64,000 bases of DNA from Auanema rhodensis. Taxonomy: Eukaryota > Animalia > Nematoda. The position numbers and the translations under genes were made by a program. The DNA is taken from assembly GCA_964057225.1 (NCBI GenBank), contig OZ059899.1, forward strand, positions 6,696,001 to 6,760,000. The letters are read 5' to 3'. Shown here piece by piece: positions 13,758 to 27,800 of the stretch. The notes beneath the pieces are model-generated. The model made no database searches, had not been told where the DNA came from, and was given only the letters and a program-made list of their open reading frames with translations. The number at the start of each line of letters is the position of its first letter. The first letter of the stretch is position 1.

Positions 13758-16700
13758 ATTTCTTTTTCTGTTTTACCTTTTTAGTTTCTCTATCTCTCAA
13801 TCGTCTACTCTGTTATCATCACATCCTGTGATACGTTTATGTGAACTTGAAATATTATTCAGTCGGCTGTTAATCTTGTTGTTGACCTGTTAGACAATTG
13901 ATTATTCCCTAAGGCGATTCATGAGTTTTGCCATATAGAATATATAGAATATATCGTAAATTATGAGATTCTTACATGTTAAACAGGTAGAAGGAAATAG
14001 AATTGCTAAAAATAATGAATAGAATACTAGATTGATGTGGAAACTTAAACGATATACAAAAAAGGATAATGATGCTTAAACATAAATTACTTCATGTAGT
14101 ATTTACAAAACAAGAAAATAAAGAAATTCTTCTTTCTGAATAGTGTTGTAGATCTATTTTTTAAAAGATATCCGATTAGATAAAGCATAGTTAGAAGAAC
14201 AATGTATAATTATAACCTTGGCGATTAACATCATCACAAGTTTAAATAGAACATCAAATCGTCAAGCAGTTACATGTGAGACAGATGAATATAAAAAAAC
14301 AAATGAAATATAGTTAGTGAACTAGAATAACAAATAATTTTCAATTCTTTTAATAAAAGGAAATTTTAATAGATGTTTATAATCTTTAAAAGATAATTTA
14401 TGCAAAAAAAAACAAAACTGATGATAAAAAATTTAAGAGAAACTGTCTATAATTGTCTTTGTTTAAAATTTATTCTTAAACAAACAAAATTTTGAAGTTG
14501 ATTATAAGAATATAATGAAAATTATTCAATATAAATTAATAAATATACTTTATACATACTTAAACTTTAGTTATAAGATTATAGGTATGTCGTTTAATCT
14601 GTCTACCACCCTCCCTCCATCAGATGGTCAGGCGATCATAATTGGCAGATATCCTATTACCTTTTGAATACAAATAAGAATTTCGTGCCCTAATGTTGAA
14701 GTAGGTAAATGTGGAATGAAAATGCCAATCTCTTATGACAAAACATACTACTATTACTTTATAAAAAGAAAAGAAAAATAAAATCTAATAGATAAAATAT
14801 AAAAAAGAAAGAATATAAAGTATAGTAAATCGTTATAATAATCAGATGAAATAACAAATTGAAAAAAAGATTAAAAGAAATAAGATATTTTGAGAACGGA
14901 AATCAGAAAATCATGGGTGTTTCAGATTTCGAACGGAAAAAAGTTCAGAGATGCCTGAAGGTGGCGAAGGAAATAACCCTGAGGCGGTTTGAAGACAATC
15001 TTGCAATCCCTCTTCTCTTCTATCCATTTATCTCTTCATTTTTCTCTGTCTTTTCTTCTATTCTATCAAACCGTCTTTCTTCATCTCTATAGTTCTCTTT
15101 GTAGTATGCGCATGGACCAGGTTTACAAACAGTGTGGATTGGTCAAGTCAACAATCACTATGTCTCCTTTCTCTTAATTCGAAGCTTTTCAAAAAGCAAT
15201 TCTCATCGGAACATTTTTGTCTGATAGCCTGTATCTCTGAGGTGAAGCAAGCCATTATGTCTAGTCATTGACTGACCAAAGCTATTTGATAGAACCGCTC
15301 TTCTCACACACACACCACCACCACCATCATCATCATCTCAGTATGAATTGAAGAGATAAAAGAGGCAATATGTATCTTATTTTTTGATTAGTTTGACAGA
15401 TGATTTGTTAAAAAATAATGTGAAAGAGTGAGTGACAGACAGAGAAATATAGAGAAAGGATCATGAAATGAGCCGGTTCAGCTTGACGGTTATAAGAGAT
15501 TGTGTGCTGCACATAGGTGGAGGAAATATCAAAAGATTCATGGAGTTTAGCAATTTTGAAGGCGAAAGCTTGAAGTTTATAAAAGCTTCAACTGACAGGC
15601 ATGACGTTTTGGGTAAAAACTCTTGTTTTTCCGGGAATGAAAGATAGAGATGAAAACATTAGAAACTGTATTATTCTTCTGAATGATTTTTTCGTCAAAT
15701 CTCCGAAAGCATGAAGTTAGAATGTTGCTTCACATAAATCGATTTGAGGAAAAAAACATTGGTTGATATTTAACTTTCACATATATCATTAAGAAGTTAG
15801 TTGAGATGAAGCTGGATTTTTTGAATCGAAAAAGGAAAGTAGATGAGAATAGAACTAATGTGAATAACCGGATGAATGATGCAGGAATGAGGAAAATCAA
15901 ACTGATTTTCAATGATGTGAATGATCAATTGAATTGAACGATGAAGTTCAGTTTTCACAATCTTCTGATGGGAATCATATACGTTCAACAAATATTCTTT
16001 CGAAGACAAGAGGGTATTTTTAAAATATAAAATATAAATCAAAAGTTAAAATTAAATTATTGGAAAAATAAATAAAAATAGACGATATTTAAATAAGATT
16101 AATGAAAAAAACTATCAACTAACAGTTTCAAATGAGATTATATGAAGTTAGAAATCCTATTAGGAACGACAAATTAAGAAATAAAATAGTGTTCTTCTTG
16201 TAAAAGAATCTCTAAAATACAAATCAATTAGTTTAACTTCTTTAGAATAGTCTTTTAAGAAAAAAAAGAAAAAGAACAATAAAAATAATACAAAACTAGA
16301 TAAACATTCGGATATATTTGACCACAAAGCTGCACAAATATTTTGAAAAAAAAAAAGAAGAAGACTTAACTCTAACAAACCCTAAATAAATTTGAAATTT
16401 TCTTAAAATTATGACTGGTACTTATGTGTTTTAGGAACAACATTAAGAATTAATTATATTTACATAACAAGATTGATAAATATTCAATCATATAGTAGGA
16501 TTTATTATTTTTCTACTAATTATATGATATAAATTATATTGTATTTTGTAGTTATCACTTACAATTAACATATAATAAGTGAAACATATTTTATTATAAA
16601 CTAAATAAATTAAAATCAGTAAAATGCTCTCTAATTGCTTGAAATAGCCGTAAATCTTAGATACTTTACTTCATTTTTTAAAATTTCAATAACTTTATTT

Positions 16701-17136
16701 AAAAATTTTTATTCATTTTTTAAATAATTAATATTGATTTCTTTTTTTCCTTTTTTTGCACCTTTTTTATATTAAATAAACAATAAATTGGGTATGTTAA
16801 TCAAATAGATATATAAAACATCTACTATGTTTCATTAACTATATGTATATAGTATATGTACATACTATATACTATATGCATGTATTATATGATATATACA
16901 TATATGTATACATAATAAGATATAATATAAGATATATACTATATATGGTATACTATATGTATCTATTGCTTTTCTTCTTTTAAAAAATTTATATACAAAT
17001 CAATTATGATTTACTAACCATCTGTATTCTCATAGTTTATTCATATACTCCAATTGATTGTTTACGTATATGTGTAGCAGAATATGTAAATAGAAATGTG
17101 ACAGTCGTCAGATACATAGTTCCGGATTTAGTTGAG

Positions 17137-17182
17137 CATGATGATGATGATGCTGATGAGGATGATGAGGATGACAACGATG
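17137..17182. repeat. Degenerate (GAT)n trinucleotide repeat
   Basis: catgatgatgatgatgctgatgaggatgatgaggatgacaacgatg. Confidence 0.75.
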
Positions 17183-19420
17183 CTAACATCATCTTCATTC
17201 ATAGCTTGCTCATCACTTAAAATTTATTTTAAAATCTAGATTAAACATCTCATACTATCATTGTCCAGTTTTTTTTCTTTTATTTAAACATAATAATCAT
17301 AGACTTCATCATAATATAATATATGTTCAGCTTGATCATGTTATAACTATCCAGTTGTTGTATCGTACAGTTCATTACAAATTAAAAAAAAAGAAAAACA
17401 TCTGCTATTAAATGAACAAATATGTAATTATTATCTTTAATTTTTATTGAAATCTTTCGTTTTTCCGTATATTATATTGAAAAGAACTAGGCAATCTTCA
17501 AAATTCTCAAAAGAAGTTTGGTTTTGTACTGATTGTCTGTCAATATTTGGATGTACAGAGAAAGAAAGAGTAAGTGAATAAGAGAGATTATGAATAAATA
17601 TGAGAGTCTAGATGTATAGAAGGAAGAATCGTGTCAAAGAGAGCACTTGGAACATCGATGATAGCCTCCTACTTCTCAATCATCTCACCATCTTTAGTCA
17701 ACGACATATATTTCTTCTTTAAACTATTGAGCTAAAAATGTTTTTCCTTATTTCATTTCAATATCTGTCTATGTTCTTATTCACATAATTTTAAAGATTT
17801 GTTCAGTTTTTAAAAGAGATTACCGACAGTTCATAACTAAAATACAAAGCTGAGTATCAATCATATCATTAATCGGAAAAAAAAACTCTTCTTCTATTAT
17901 TGAAACAGTATTGCTTTGTAGTTTTATCTCTTCTGACCTTTTCTTATATTTATCGGCAAATTTTGATTGCTTTGAGTATTCATTTGCTGTAACTGGAGCA
18001 GTGTTATTTAGTCTATTTGTCTATTACTGTTCAGTATTCGAAATGTGTGAATAAACATATAACATATTTCCTTTCCAATTTACAACTTTTCGAGCTTTCT
18101 TTACTCAGATATTACAATCTTCTATGAATCGAGTGAACTTTTCAAATCTCAGTAACATTTTTTTCTAATTTGGACTTTATATTTATCTTTCATCAACGTC
18201 AACCTCAAAGTAGTCTCATTGTTTCGGATTTCTTTTTCACTTTTGGAGGTGAAAAAACGATTTTGTGACCACTTTTGCTATTTCAAGCCTATCTGCCTAC
18301 TGTGCCAACTTGATATCTGAAGGAGGTCACTTTGCTTTGTTTCTTTAGTCATACTAGTTCATCCACCGCTCCCACCACTTGTCCTCATCGTTTTTCACTC
18401 TTTAATATTTCCCTCATATATCTTTTTTTTGATTCTTTATTATATATTATATAGAAAATCTTTTCTTTTTTTTTTAAATTCTAATATTCTTTTCTCTTCA
18501 TGCTATAGTTAATTTAGATTAAGATCTTCATAATAATTCCGAATCGGCTTGATAATTCAAAATCATCATTAAATGACTAATGTATGATGACCTTTTCTAT
18601 TTGATAGATTGTTTTAGATTATAAATTCATATATGACTTCATTTTCTATTTCATTTATTCTCTATCTAATCTTCAAAAAATGTATTTTATTCTAAATCAA
18701 AACAGGAAAGTTTTCCATTTCCGTATAAAATCTAAAGTCTCAGATAGTTTCCTTAAAATATAAACAAAATAGTTCATAAGATGTAATATTCTGATAACAA
18801 TTTCTTCTTTTATTTCTTTTAAAATTTAACCGATTATATAATCATTATATGTTTGTTATGACATTCAGATTTCTATCCCGAACATCATCTGTTGATTCTC
18901 GTCTGTCATCATACGGGAACAAATTCTCTCACAACCTCTTCTTTATTCTCTTATCGTATATACTATTGTATGTATTATGATTAAAAATTATATGAAATCT
19001 CTAACTATGCTATCATCTGTATTGATATATCCGTAGTAAGATTATCAATTCTATATTTACCGGAATAATTTTGTATTCAATCAGCTACCTTTTACAACTG
19101 CAACTGTATCCATGAAATTGCCTATTAAATCAAATATTATATGATATGATTTGAAGAGAAGAAAAGAGAAAGACAAATGTTTGATTGAGAAATGTTGTTA
19201 TATCGTACAACTGTTCATCCTCTTCATCTACACCTTCATCTTTTTTCGATCCGAACTGATCTTATTGCCTTCTCCGTATGGACATCGTCAATGTTTCCCG
19301 GTCTTCAGATGTTGTCGTTTCTTCTTTTACTCTCCTCGTTCCCGTATACTAATTCGAGATCACTCTTCTTTTTCCAGTTGACCAATATGGCCTCATTCTG
19401 AGTTCACTTCTTCAATCTTC

Positions 19421-19456
19421 CTCTCTCTCTCTTTCTCTCTCTCTCTTTCTCTCTCT
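19421..19456. repeat. (CT)n microsatellite
   Basis: ctctctctctctttctctct... read directly. Confidence 0.9.
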
Positions 19457-20492
19457 ATGTATTTCTTTCTCTAAACTTCTCTTTATGTTCCATTTACTTG
19501 GAACAAATAACTGATGTATCGCCATGTCAATTATACTTTCTTTTATTGTCGTTTTGACAGTTTTCTATGCAACTTTTTACACGTTCTCCGAAATTTTTAA
19601 CACAACTAATTGCTCCAAATAACGAAAAACATCTTTCGCTATACCATATATTCCAACTATTACGCTGCTATGATAAGAAAAGGTTTATACTACAAAATAA
19701 TTTCATGTTATTAGTCATTTTCATACTTCTTTACAATGAGTTCGTAAGGTCTTTTCGTCTTTTTGAGCTCCAAGGTTATACATGACCATACTAACGTTTT
19801 CACATATCAAGGACTATTATTTTCTTTCGTAACTATCCATACTGTTCTAGGATGAAGAGTCTCTTAAGTATAGCTATTTCCTTATTCATTCGTTTTTCTA
19901 ATATTCAATTATGAATATGAAACATTTTATTTTCATTTTTAACTTATATTTCCTAAATAATTATTCAATTCGTAATATTCTATTATAGTTAATTCTTTAT
20001 GCAATGTCTTCAGATTCACTTAAGATTTGCTTTTATATTCTGTTATTGACTATCTGCACTTGATACACCTGTCACTAATTGCTATATATGGTCAGATTAA
20101 TGGACATCCACCAGACGGCTTTCAAGCTTTCTGGGTGCATATAAGCGAATATTCTTCAACATTGTACCCAATATGAGAATTACTTATTTGATTTCATTGT
20201 AGTTACATATAATATCTTATAATATATATTTTTTATATATTATAATCGTTTGTCTGTATGTACAGCACTGTTTGGCAAGTTTTGCTTCATCATACGTTGT
20301 GATTTACTGAGGCAAGTCGAGAACCAAGCGAAGCAAGATGTGTCTATTTGTAGTTATTCTTACTTCTCTTATTTTCTCTTCTATTACTAGAAATTCACCA
20401 GACCTTATTTAGTCTTATAGTTCGCACAGTGCGGCTTCTCTCATCTCTCTTCTTTGCATCATCTTTGTTGTCTGCCCTATCGACTCATTCTT

Positions 20493-20558
20493 TCTCTCTC
20501 TTCCTCCCCCCCCTCGCTCTTTCTCTCTCTCTTTCTCTCTCCCTCCCTCTCTCTCTCT
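20493..20558. repeat. CT-rich polypyrimidine tract / microsatellite
   Basis: About 65 nt almost purely C/T, including a C run. Confidence 0.85.
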
Positions 20559-21111
20559 ATCTTACCTTTTGATGTACGTATGAAATGAAAACTATAGAAT
20601 TTGCATAGAGTTTCTATATAATACTTTCATCTCTTCATTATTTTGATTCCTTCTTTCAACGTATTCAGAAACATTATAGATGTTTATAGATTTCAATAAT
20701 TCAAAAAATTCAAAATTCTTTAGTAATTCTTTTACTATTTTTGAAATTAAATGTTTTTTTTTCATTTTTCAATTATACACAACCGTTCTTCCTGATTATT
20801 CGTTTTACAATAAAGTCCATTAGCATGTTATAAGTACGTGAAACGTGGATTACAACTTCAAAGTCGAACATGCTCGTTAGTGTTTTCCATTTTAACTAAC
20901 ATCTAACCGGACTTTTAAAAGATGTTCATTCATTGTCTTCTTGATAAATGCTTCTTTCCTACTCTTAAGCTTTTGTCTTGTTTTCATTCATTAACCAGAA
21001 CATCAACATAATGTTCAGGAATTCGAATTTGTTTCCGGATTCTAGCTTGTTTGGCATTACCTCTTAATCATATTCTATTTCACAAATTCTTAAGTAAAAT
21101 ATAACTTTATT

Positions 21112-21133
21112 ATATATATATATATATATATAA
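21112..21133. repeat. (TA)n microsatellite
   Basis: Pure TA run. Confidence 0.9.
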
Positions 21134-21878
21134 TATTCTTTCTTTTCTTTTTATTATATTATTATATAAAAGTTATTATTTAAGCTCTTCATTTACAACT
21201 AGATAAGATAGTCAAGTACAACCTTGTATTATTTATTTTTATTATATTATTATTATTATATAAGTTTTTATATTAAATATTAATTTTATTATAATTTAAT
21301 ATTATTTAATTATAAGAAAAAAGTTCTTATATAATGATATCATATTTCTATTCTTTATGATATGAAAAAGATTATTCAAGTATTAGTTTCATTATTGTTC
21401 ATTATCAAACCTCTTTTCTTATCAAACATTCAACGGTAGTTAAATTTTATATTTGAAATATCAAAGGAAACAAATATCGAACTGAAAACTATTTTCTATC
21501 ATAATATTTTTCCAGAGTTTTCACTTTATTATCTAATATTTTAATTTTTTGCGTATATTGCCACCCTAGATGAAGACCCCCTCCCTTTAAGCACATGTTT
21601 CATTTTATTGTTTTCAATTTTTTTTAGTCTAAAACGTGTTTTATAACTGACTGTCACAGCTTATGTGAAGGCAAATCCACCTCATACAGTGTTAGATTAA
21701 AGTCAAAAAGTACAGAATATCAAAGAAGTAATTTTCGATTTATATATAGATTATCATATTCAATTCATCTTTTGTATTGTATTCTGATTCCTTTTCATCG
21801 CCTATCTATCTTCTATATTTTTTCGTTAAAATATATGTATTTGAAAATACTATTGAAAACTTTCTTCTACGACTTCTA

Positions 21879-24800
21879 ATGGTCATGCCAATTATAGGAT
21901 CAAGCTTCGAATTTGAGGTTGAACGGAAAGGACTTGCACGAATAGTCGTTTGTAAACCATTGAATGTAACATCTGATACAATGAGTGAGTTTTCAGGTTT
22001 TTTTTCTCATTTAAACTATATTATTTATACATATATAGTTAAGAATTTATATATTTTATAGGAACTGATACACAATCTCGTGAATTAAGAAAAGAATTTG
22101 TTGAGCAACTTCATGTTCTTTTTGATATTTTGGATACAAGTCGTACGGGGAGAATAAGCTATGAAACAGTAAGTTTTTTATTTGATTTTCATTTGAAATT
22201 ATTTCAAAGAGTATAAGCCTATTATCACCTTTATGATCAAAAATCATTAAAAACTCATATAGTTGATTGTATTTATTTTCTTTTTTAAGAAAGAAAAATG
22301 TATTTACTATATGAAAAAGCAAATGTTATATTATAAAATGTCAATATATGTATGTATTGTATGTGACTCATTCTGGATTAGACGAAGTAAAGCTGAATAG
22401 AACAGGTCAAATGAATCATATAAAATTGCTTTATAGACTTTTATCATTCAACGTCTCCGATTTTACTTCAATTTTATAAAAAAATCTTTTTTTTTTTCAA
22501 AAATATTTAGAAAATTAGAACTTGTCCTACAATCTAGTACTGTCTGTCAAATGTAACATACAAAACATCCAACTGTGATCATTTATATTATACTCGTAAT
22601 TTATTTTTTTTTTAAATTCCTAATCGAGAAAATATATTTTTCTAAAATAGTTGGCTTTTTATTTTTCAAAAAATGAATACACTAATGAGATTTAATATGG
22701 TCTTTCTATTCAAATCTTCTTTTTTTCTGTAAAGTGTTTATGAATCGATGAATGTATGGATGTGTTCCATTAAGAACATTTAGAACTTTTTTTAATTTCA
22801 TATCACATCTGGTAAAAGCTTTCGTTCGCAAGTTTTTTATATCTTAGCCACAACTGGTCCACAACCAGATGACCAGATTCTGAATCTATTGAATTAATAA
22901 AACGCCAACAACTATGCTGTACTTAAATTTAGTTTTCCATAATAACCTCTTGAACTTTATTTACTCAAAGCTTGTTTCGCTTAAAAATTTGGAAAAAAAC
23001 TGTTTTTACTGAGAAAAAAAATGATATTTACCCATGTATATATTTTAATTAATATTTTGTTTTTAGCTCTGTGCTCGTTTCACAGAAGTCCACAAGCCTC
23101 ACTTGCCACCTAGCTTCTTACGTTGCGTGGGAAAAGTAGCATCAGCAGACGGGTAAGTAGTATTCTAACACATTATTTAGCACATAATAATAATTATTAT
23201 TATTATATGATATAATTAAAAAAAGTTATTACATTAAATGTCCCATATTTGACAGGTATTTGACGTTCGACCGATTCTTGACGGCCGTAAAATTATCCCT
23301 TCGTGATTCAGAAATCAACAACAATATCCCATTACATCGAGTTCAAAGTGAAGGAAGAATAGATAATCTAACGTATGTATCATTTCTAAGTTTTATATTA
23401 ATTTCAAAGATTAATATACATATGTATATAGAGAATAATGATAATTCTAATAGATATGAATATAACAAAGATATAAATTAATATAAACAATCATAAATAT
23501 TATAAAAGATATTACAAACATTTAGTTATAATCATCTTCAAGATTAATGATATACACCAAGAAATATTTTTTTCTATTTCATATAAAGTTTTATAATTAT
23601 TATATTTCAAATGAAAAATAATAAATATTTTCAGTGAAAAAATCTTTTATTTTTAGAGCTGAACGACGAAAAATGCATAATGATCCTTCAATGGGCATCA
23701 ATGACTTTTATAGACGTTCACAGTTACACTATGGTAGTCAGCCAAATATTACTCCAGAACCTATTCCTCAACCTAGAGTATGACTTCAAAATATTATATT
23801 TAATTTATTTACTTTTATTAAACTAGATTTTATATTTTAATTAAAATTAAATAATATAATTAATGTATATTTCAGGTTATTCCTATTCATACATCAACAA
23901 CATCAATTTCACGACCTCCTAGCTACTCAAACTATATGCATTTAAATTTTGAAAATACAACAAAGCCACCAAATATTATATTACGACCAAAAAAGGTATA
24001 AAATATTTATTATTATTATAGAAATTATCTTATCTTTTAATATACTATTATCATATTTATTCTCATTTCTAATTAATTTTCATATAAACTTTGATCATCA
24101 TAATTGGCTAACATAACAAAACGAACTTTTTGAAAAAAAAAACATTTCTATCCGAATTTCTTTTTCTTAAAAAGCAAAAACTATCGAAAAGTCGATTTCC
24201 ATGAATTTCAATTCGTTTTCTTTCGTTTTTTGGTCCTAATCTCCTCTTTCTACTTACTGTTTCTCGTCAAGTTTTTTCGACATCTCTCCTCTTCAATCAC
24301 AAGCCGCAAATACTTATGCAAGAATCCAGCCTCTCATTTCATACAGTATTTGACTCATTTTCACTTCCAACTCTCTTTTTCATTTATAATATGTATGTAT
24401 GTCCATTATGAGCATTGTGAATGACCATCAAATAGCCTTATTCTTCTTTCATCTTCTTCTGCACACATCCGTCGTCCGTATTGACAGCAAACCGTTCGTG
24501 CCATCCCGCTTTTCCGGTTCCGTTCAGATTTTCCTTAGTACTTGACTTAATGCTTTACATTGTTGTCATACTACATTACATACAAATCTAATACGGTTCC
24601 GTCATCTGGTTATCGTTTTACTTTCTGTCATTTCATATGTACATCCAGCTAGATCAAAAATGATTTTACTTTCAAATATTCTTTTATTCTTATATTTTAT
24701 TTGTAAAAAAATATAATTTTCTAAAGTATTTTACAAAGTTTTATAGAAGAAATGTATTTATTTTTAATAATAAGAAATATATCTTATATATATTTATAAC

Positions 24801-27800
24801 TATTTATTCTTCTTTCATCATATATTATGTAATTATATTTTCATATTTATCCACTTAAGAAACAATTGTAATATATAGTAACTATATATAATTTATTATA
24901 ATTATACTAGAAACTAAATTATTTTGTTGTTTTTCTCATAATATACAGGTTATTCTTTCTGTTTTCTTCTTTTAACTACTTCTCTACCTTTTCATATATC
25001 ATCTCGATAAATGACCTCGGAAGCTGGCATCCGGCCAGATTCTTTAGTTATTTCCCTCTCTGACTTCTTGGCCTTGTCCCAGGTTTTTAACAACTCTCAC
25101 GTATTCTTGACCTTTACTACTTTAGTTTATGTTTCAAGCTTTCTACAAACATCAACCTTGTTTGTGAAGGATGGTATAAGCTTCTCAGAGTTCAATCATG
25201 ATGCTTGCATTTGACGCTAACATGTTCTCAATTCTCTTAAGCAATATATTATAGAAAAAATATTTAATCTTTTCTTTGTTTTCTTTTTTTAGTTAAATTT
25301 GAAATTGAGATTTATCTATATATATATATAGATATATAGGAAAAAACATTTAAGATGAAATATCTTAAAATATTCTTAAATAATCCCCTCTTGTACTACA
25401 TATAAATTCTTTTTTGTCCATAAATCATAACCTATTGTCCTACATTTTTAGTTTTCTTTACTGAGAAAAATCTAAATCTAAAATAAATTTTTCATTCAAA
25501 ATTTTCAACTTTCAGACAACTGTTCGTTCTCAAAAAGAAGAATCAAGAATGCGTCATCCATTACCACCTAATGGTAATGCTCCACCTCGAGTACAAGTGA
25601 TTAGAAGCAGACCACATAGTACAACATCTTATAACAGTATAGGTTAGTAAATTATTTTTTAAATATTTTTTTAATAAATAATGATTATCATTAAATATTA
25701 TGAGACAAATAGTTTATTTTTATTTTTATTCTTTAATAAACTAAAAAAATTTTCTTTCAGCTTCTTCAGGTTTGGAAAATATTTCTTGGAGAAACTCAAG
25801 TTTATCAAGTTCTACTGATAATTCTGGTAAAAGAAATACAGTTCATGAAGATGACGTAGCCCCGCGAGTGGTAAGTTCAAATTAATTGAATTCTATTCCA
25901 AATTAAATTATAAATAACCAAATTAAAATGATTGTTATATACTGTAGCATAGTTACTGTAAATATAAAAAAGTATATCAAATAATCTTTCCGAAAAGAAA
26001 TGTTTGAGATATGTGTATAAACGATCATGTAAAGAAAAAGAAAAGAGGAACATTTACTGTTTTTTGACATAAAATTTACTTTTTTATATCAAAATAATCT
26101 CAACAAGAAAAATAATAATCGGGGGACGATTAACATTATTAACCTCTAGTTGTTACAAGAAAAAATGATTGAAAGAAGACACTCTTCTCATATGATATTA
26201 CATTGAACTCATATCAAATCGTTTTCCTGGTCGAAAATAGATTCGTCCTACGGCTGCACTTCGTTTCCCGGGTCTAAAAAGGAAAAATTATATGATTTTT
26301 CTTTATTTCTATAGTTCTAGTGTTAAATATGAAAATATTAACCTAAAATTCCACCGCCCTACTGCTGTGGATCTCTTTCCGGGGCGGAAACTGGCACGTC
26401 CAACGGCTACCGTTTTCTTTGTTCTAAATATAAAAATGTAAGAATTATATGAAAAACGTAAAATAGGATATTTCTTAATTGAATTTAATGATAAAAATCA
26501 TTTTATACTTTGAATTATTATATAATTATTATTATGGAAGTAAATTATAGCCAAATATTCACTCATTTTCTCACAGAAATTTGTTTGAACCAATCAAATG
26601 AATGTGTGTACAGCCTCATATGTACATGTGTTTGTACATTTCATATATATGACTGCGTTAGTAAGAATTTTTATTTTTATAAAGAACTATCTTCTACCTG
26701 CTTTCATAATCATCAGACAAATCGGATCGTTTTCCTGGTCTGAAGAAGGCTCTACCAACTGCCACAGATCGTTTTGATGGTCTATAATAATATAATTATA
26801 ATTATATATAATTATATGAATAAAACCTAAAAGACGAATCATATTCCACACTTCGTTTTCCAGGTCTTAAAGAAGTTCTTCCCATTGCCATTGAGCGTTT
26901 CATTATTCTATAATTAATTATAATAATTTTAAAAAAAACTCATATACATACATATGTATATAACCTTATATAAATTGTTTTTAGTAACAATTTAATATTT
27001 TTTTAAAACAAAAAGATATTTCCATCAATTTATCATTTTTTGAATTTCCACAATACATTCAAAACATGGAAAAATATTCTATAGAATGAGTATTTGTATT
27101 TCATATTTTGTATTCGAAACTACTATTATGATGATGATATGCTGAGTTTTCCCAAATGAAAAGAATATATTTCTCTTTATAGTTTTACTTGAAAAATCTT
27201 TTGGTTTGATTGTTTAATTGAAAAATAAAGTTTGAAGGAAGTATTAAAGATCTTACAGTTCATCTGTACTTCGTTTTCCCATGCTTTCTTCTGAATACGT
27301 ACGACTGTCGTTATCCAAATCATCATCAGATGCCATCATATCATTATCTTTTATTTTATCCCAAGTATCAGAATAATATTCCTAAAAAAGAAAAATATTA
27401 TCAAATATATATATTAGATAAATGAAAAAAAAATGAAATGTTATGTATTTCATGAAAATTTCTGAAACATAAAGTTGATTAACTCATTTCCGAAATGTTT
27501 CTCACCATCTGAATGACGTAACACATATGTATACATATAATTCAAAATATATATACATACATACACATATATATTAATTGATTTCATGTTTTCATGAATT
27601 GAAGTTTCAATTTCAAAATTTGCAAATTTCGAAAATGACGTCAATTAATCATCGGAAATTACTATGATGAGCTACGGACTGTCACAGATTATTCAGATAA
27701 GTAATTTCCGCTTATCATGAGCGATTCCATTGTGATCACATGATTTATGGAAGTGAATAAGATTTCATTTAGCTTTATGTGGCACAGAAAGCTTCAAAAA

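Noticed and set aside
15250-15290. TGACTAGA (miR-44/279-like seed) here on the minus strand and at 55791
   Set aside because: Stem too short or missing; only the seed matches.
17133-17220. Acidic mini-ORF and hairpin
   Set aside because: Explained by GAT/CAT repeats; no supported exon boundaries.
19151-19785. Short plus-strand ORFs
   Set aside because: F/L/S-rich compositional ORFs with no family motifs.
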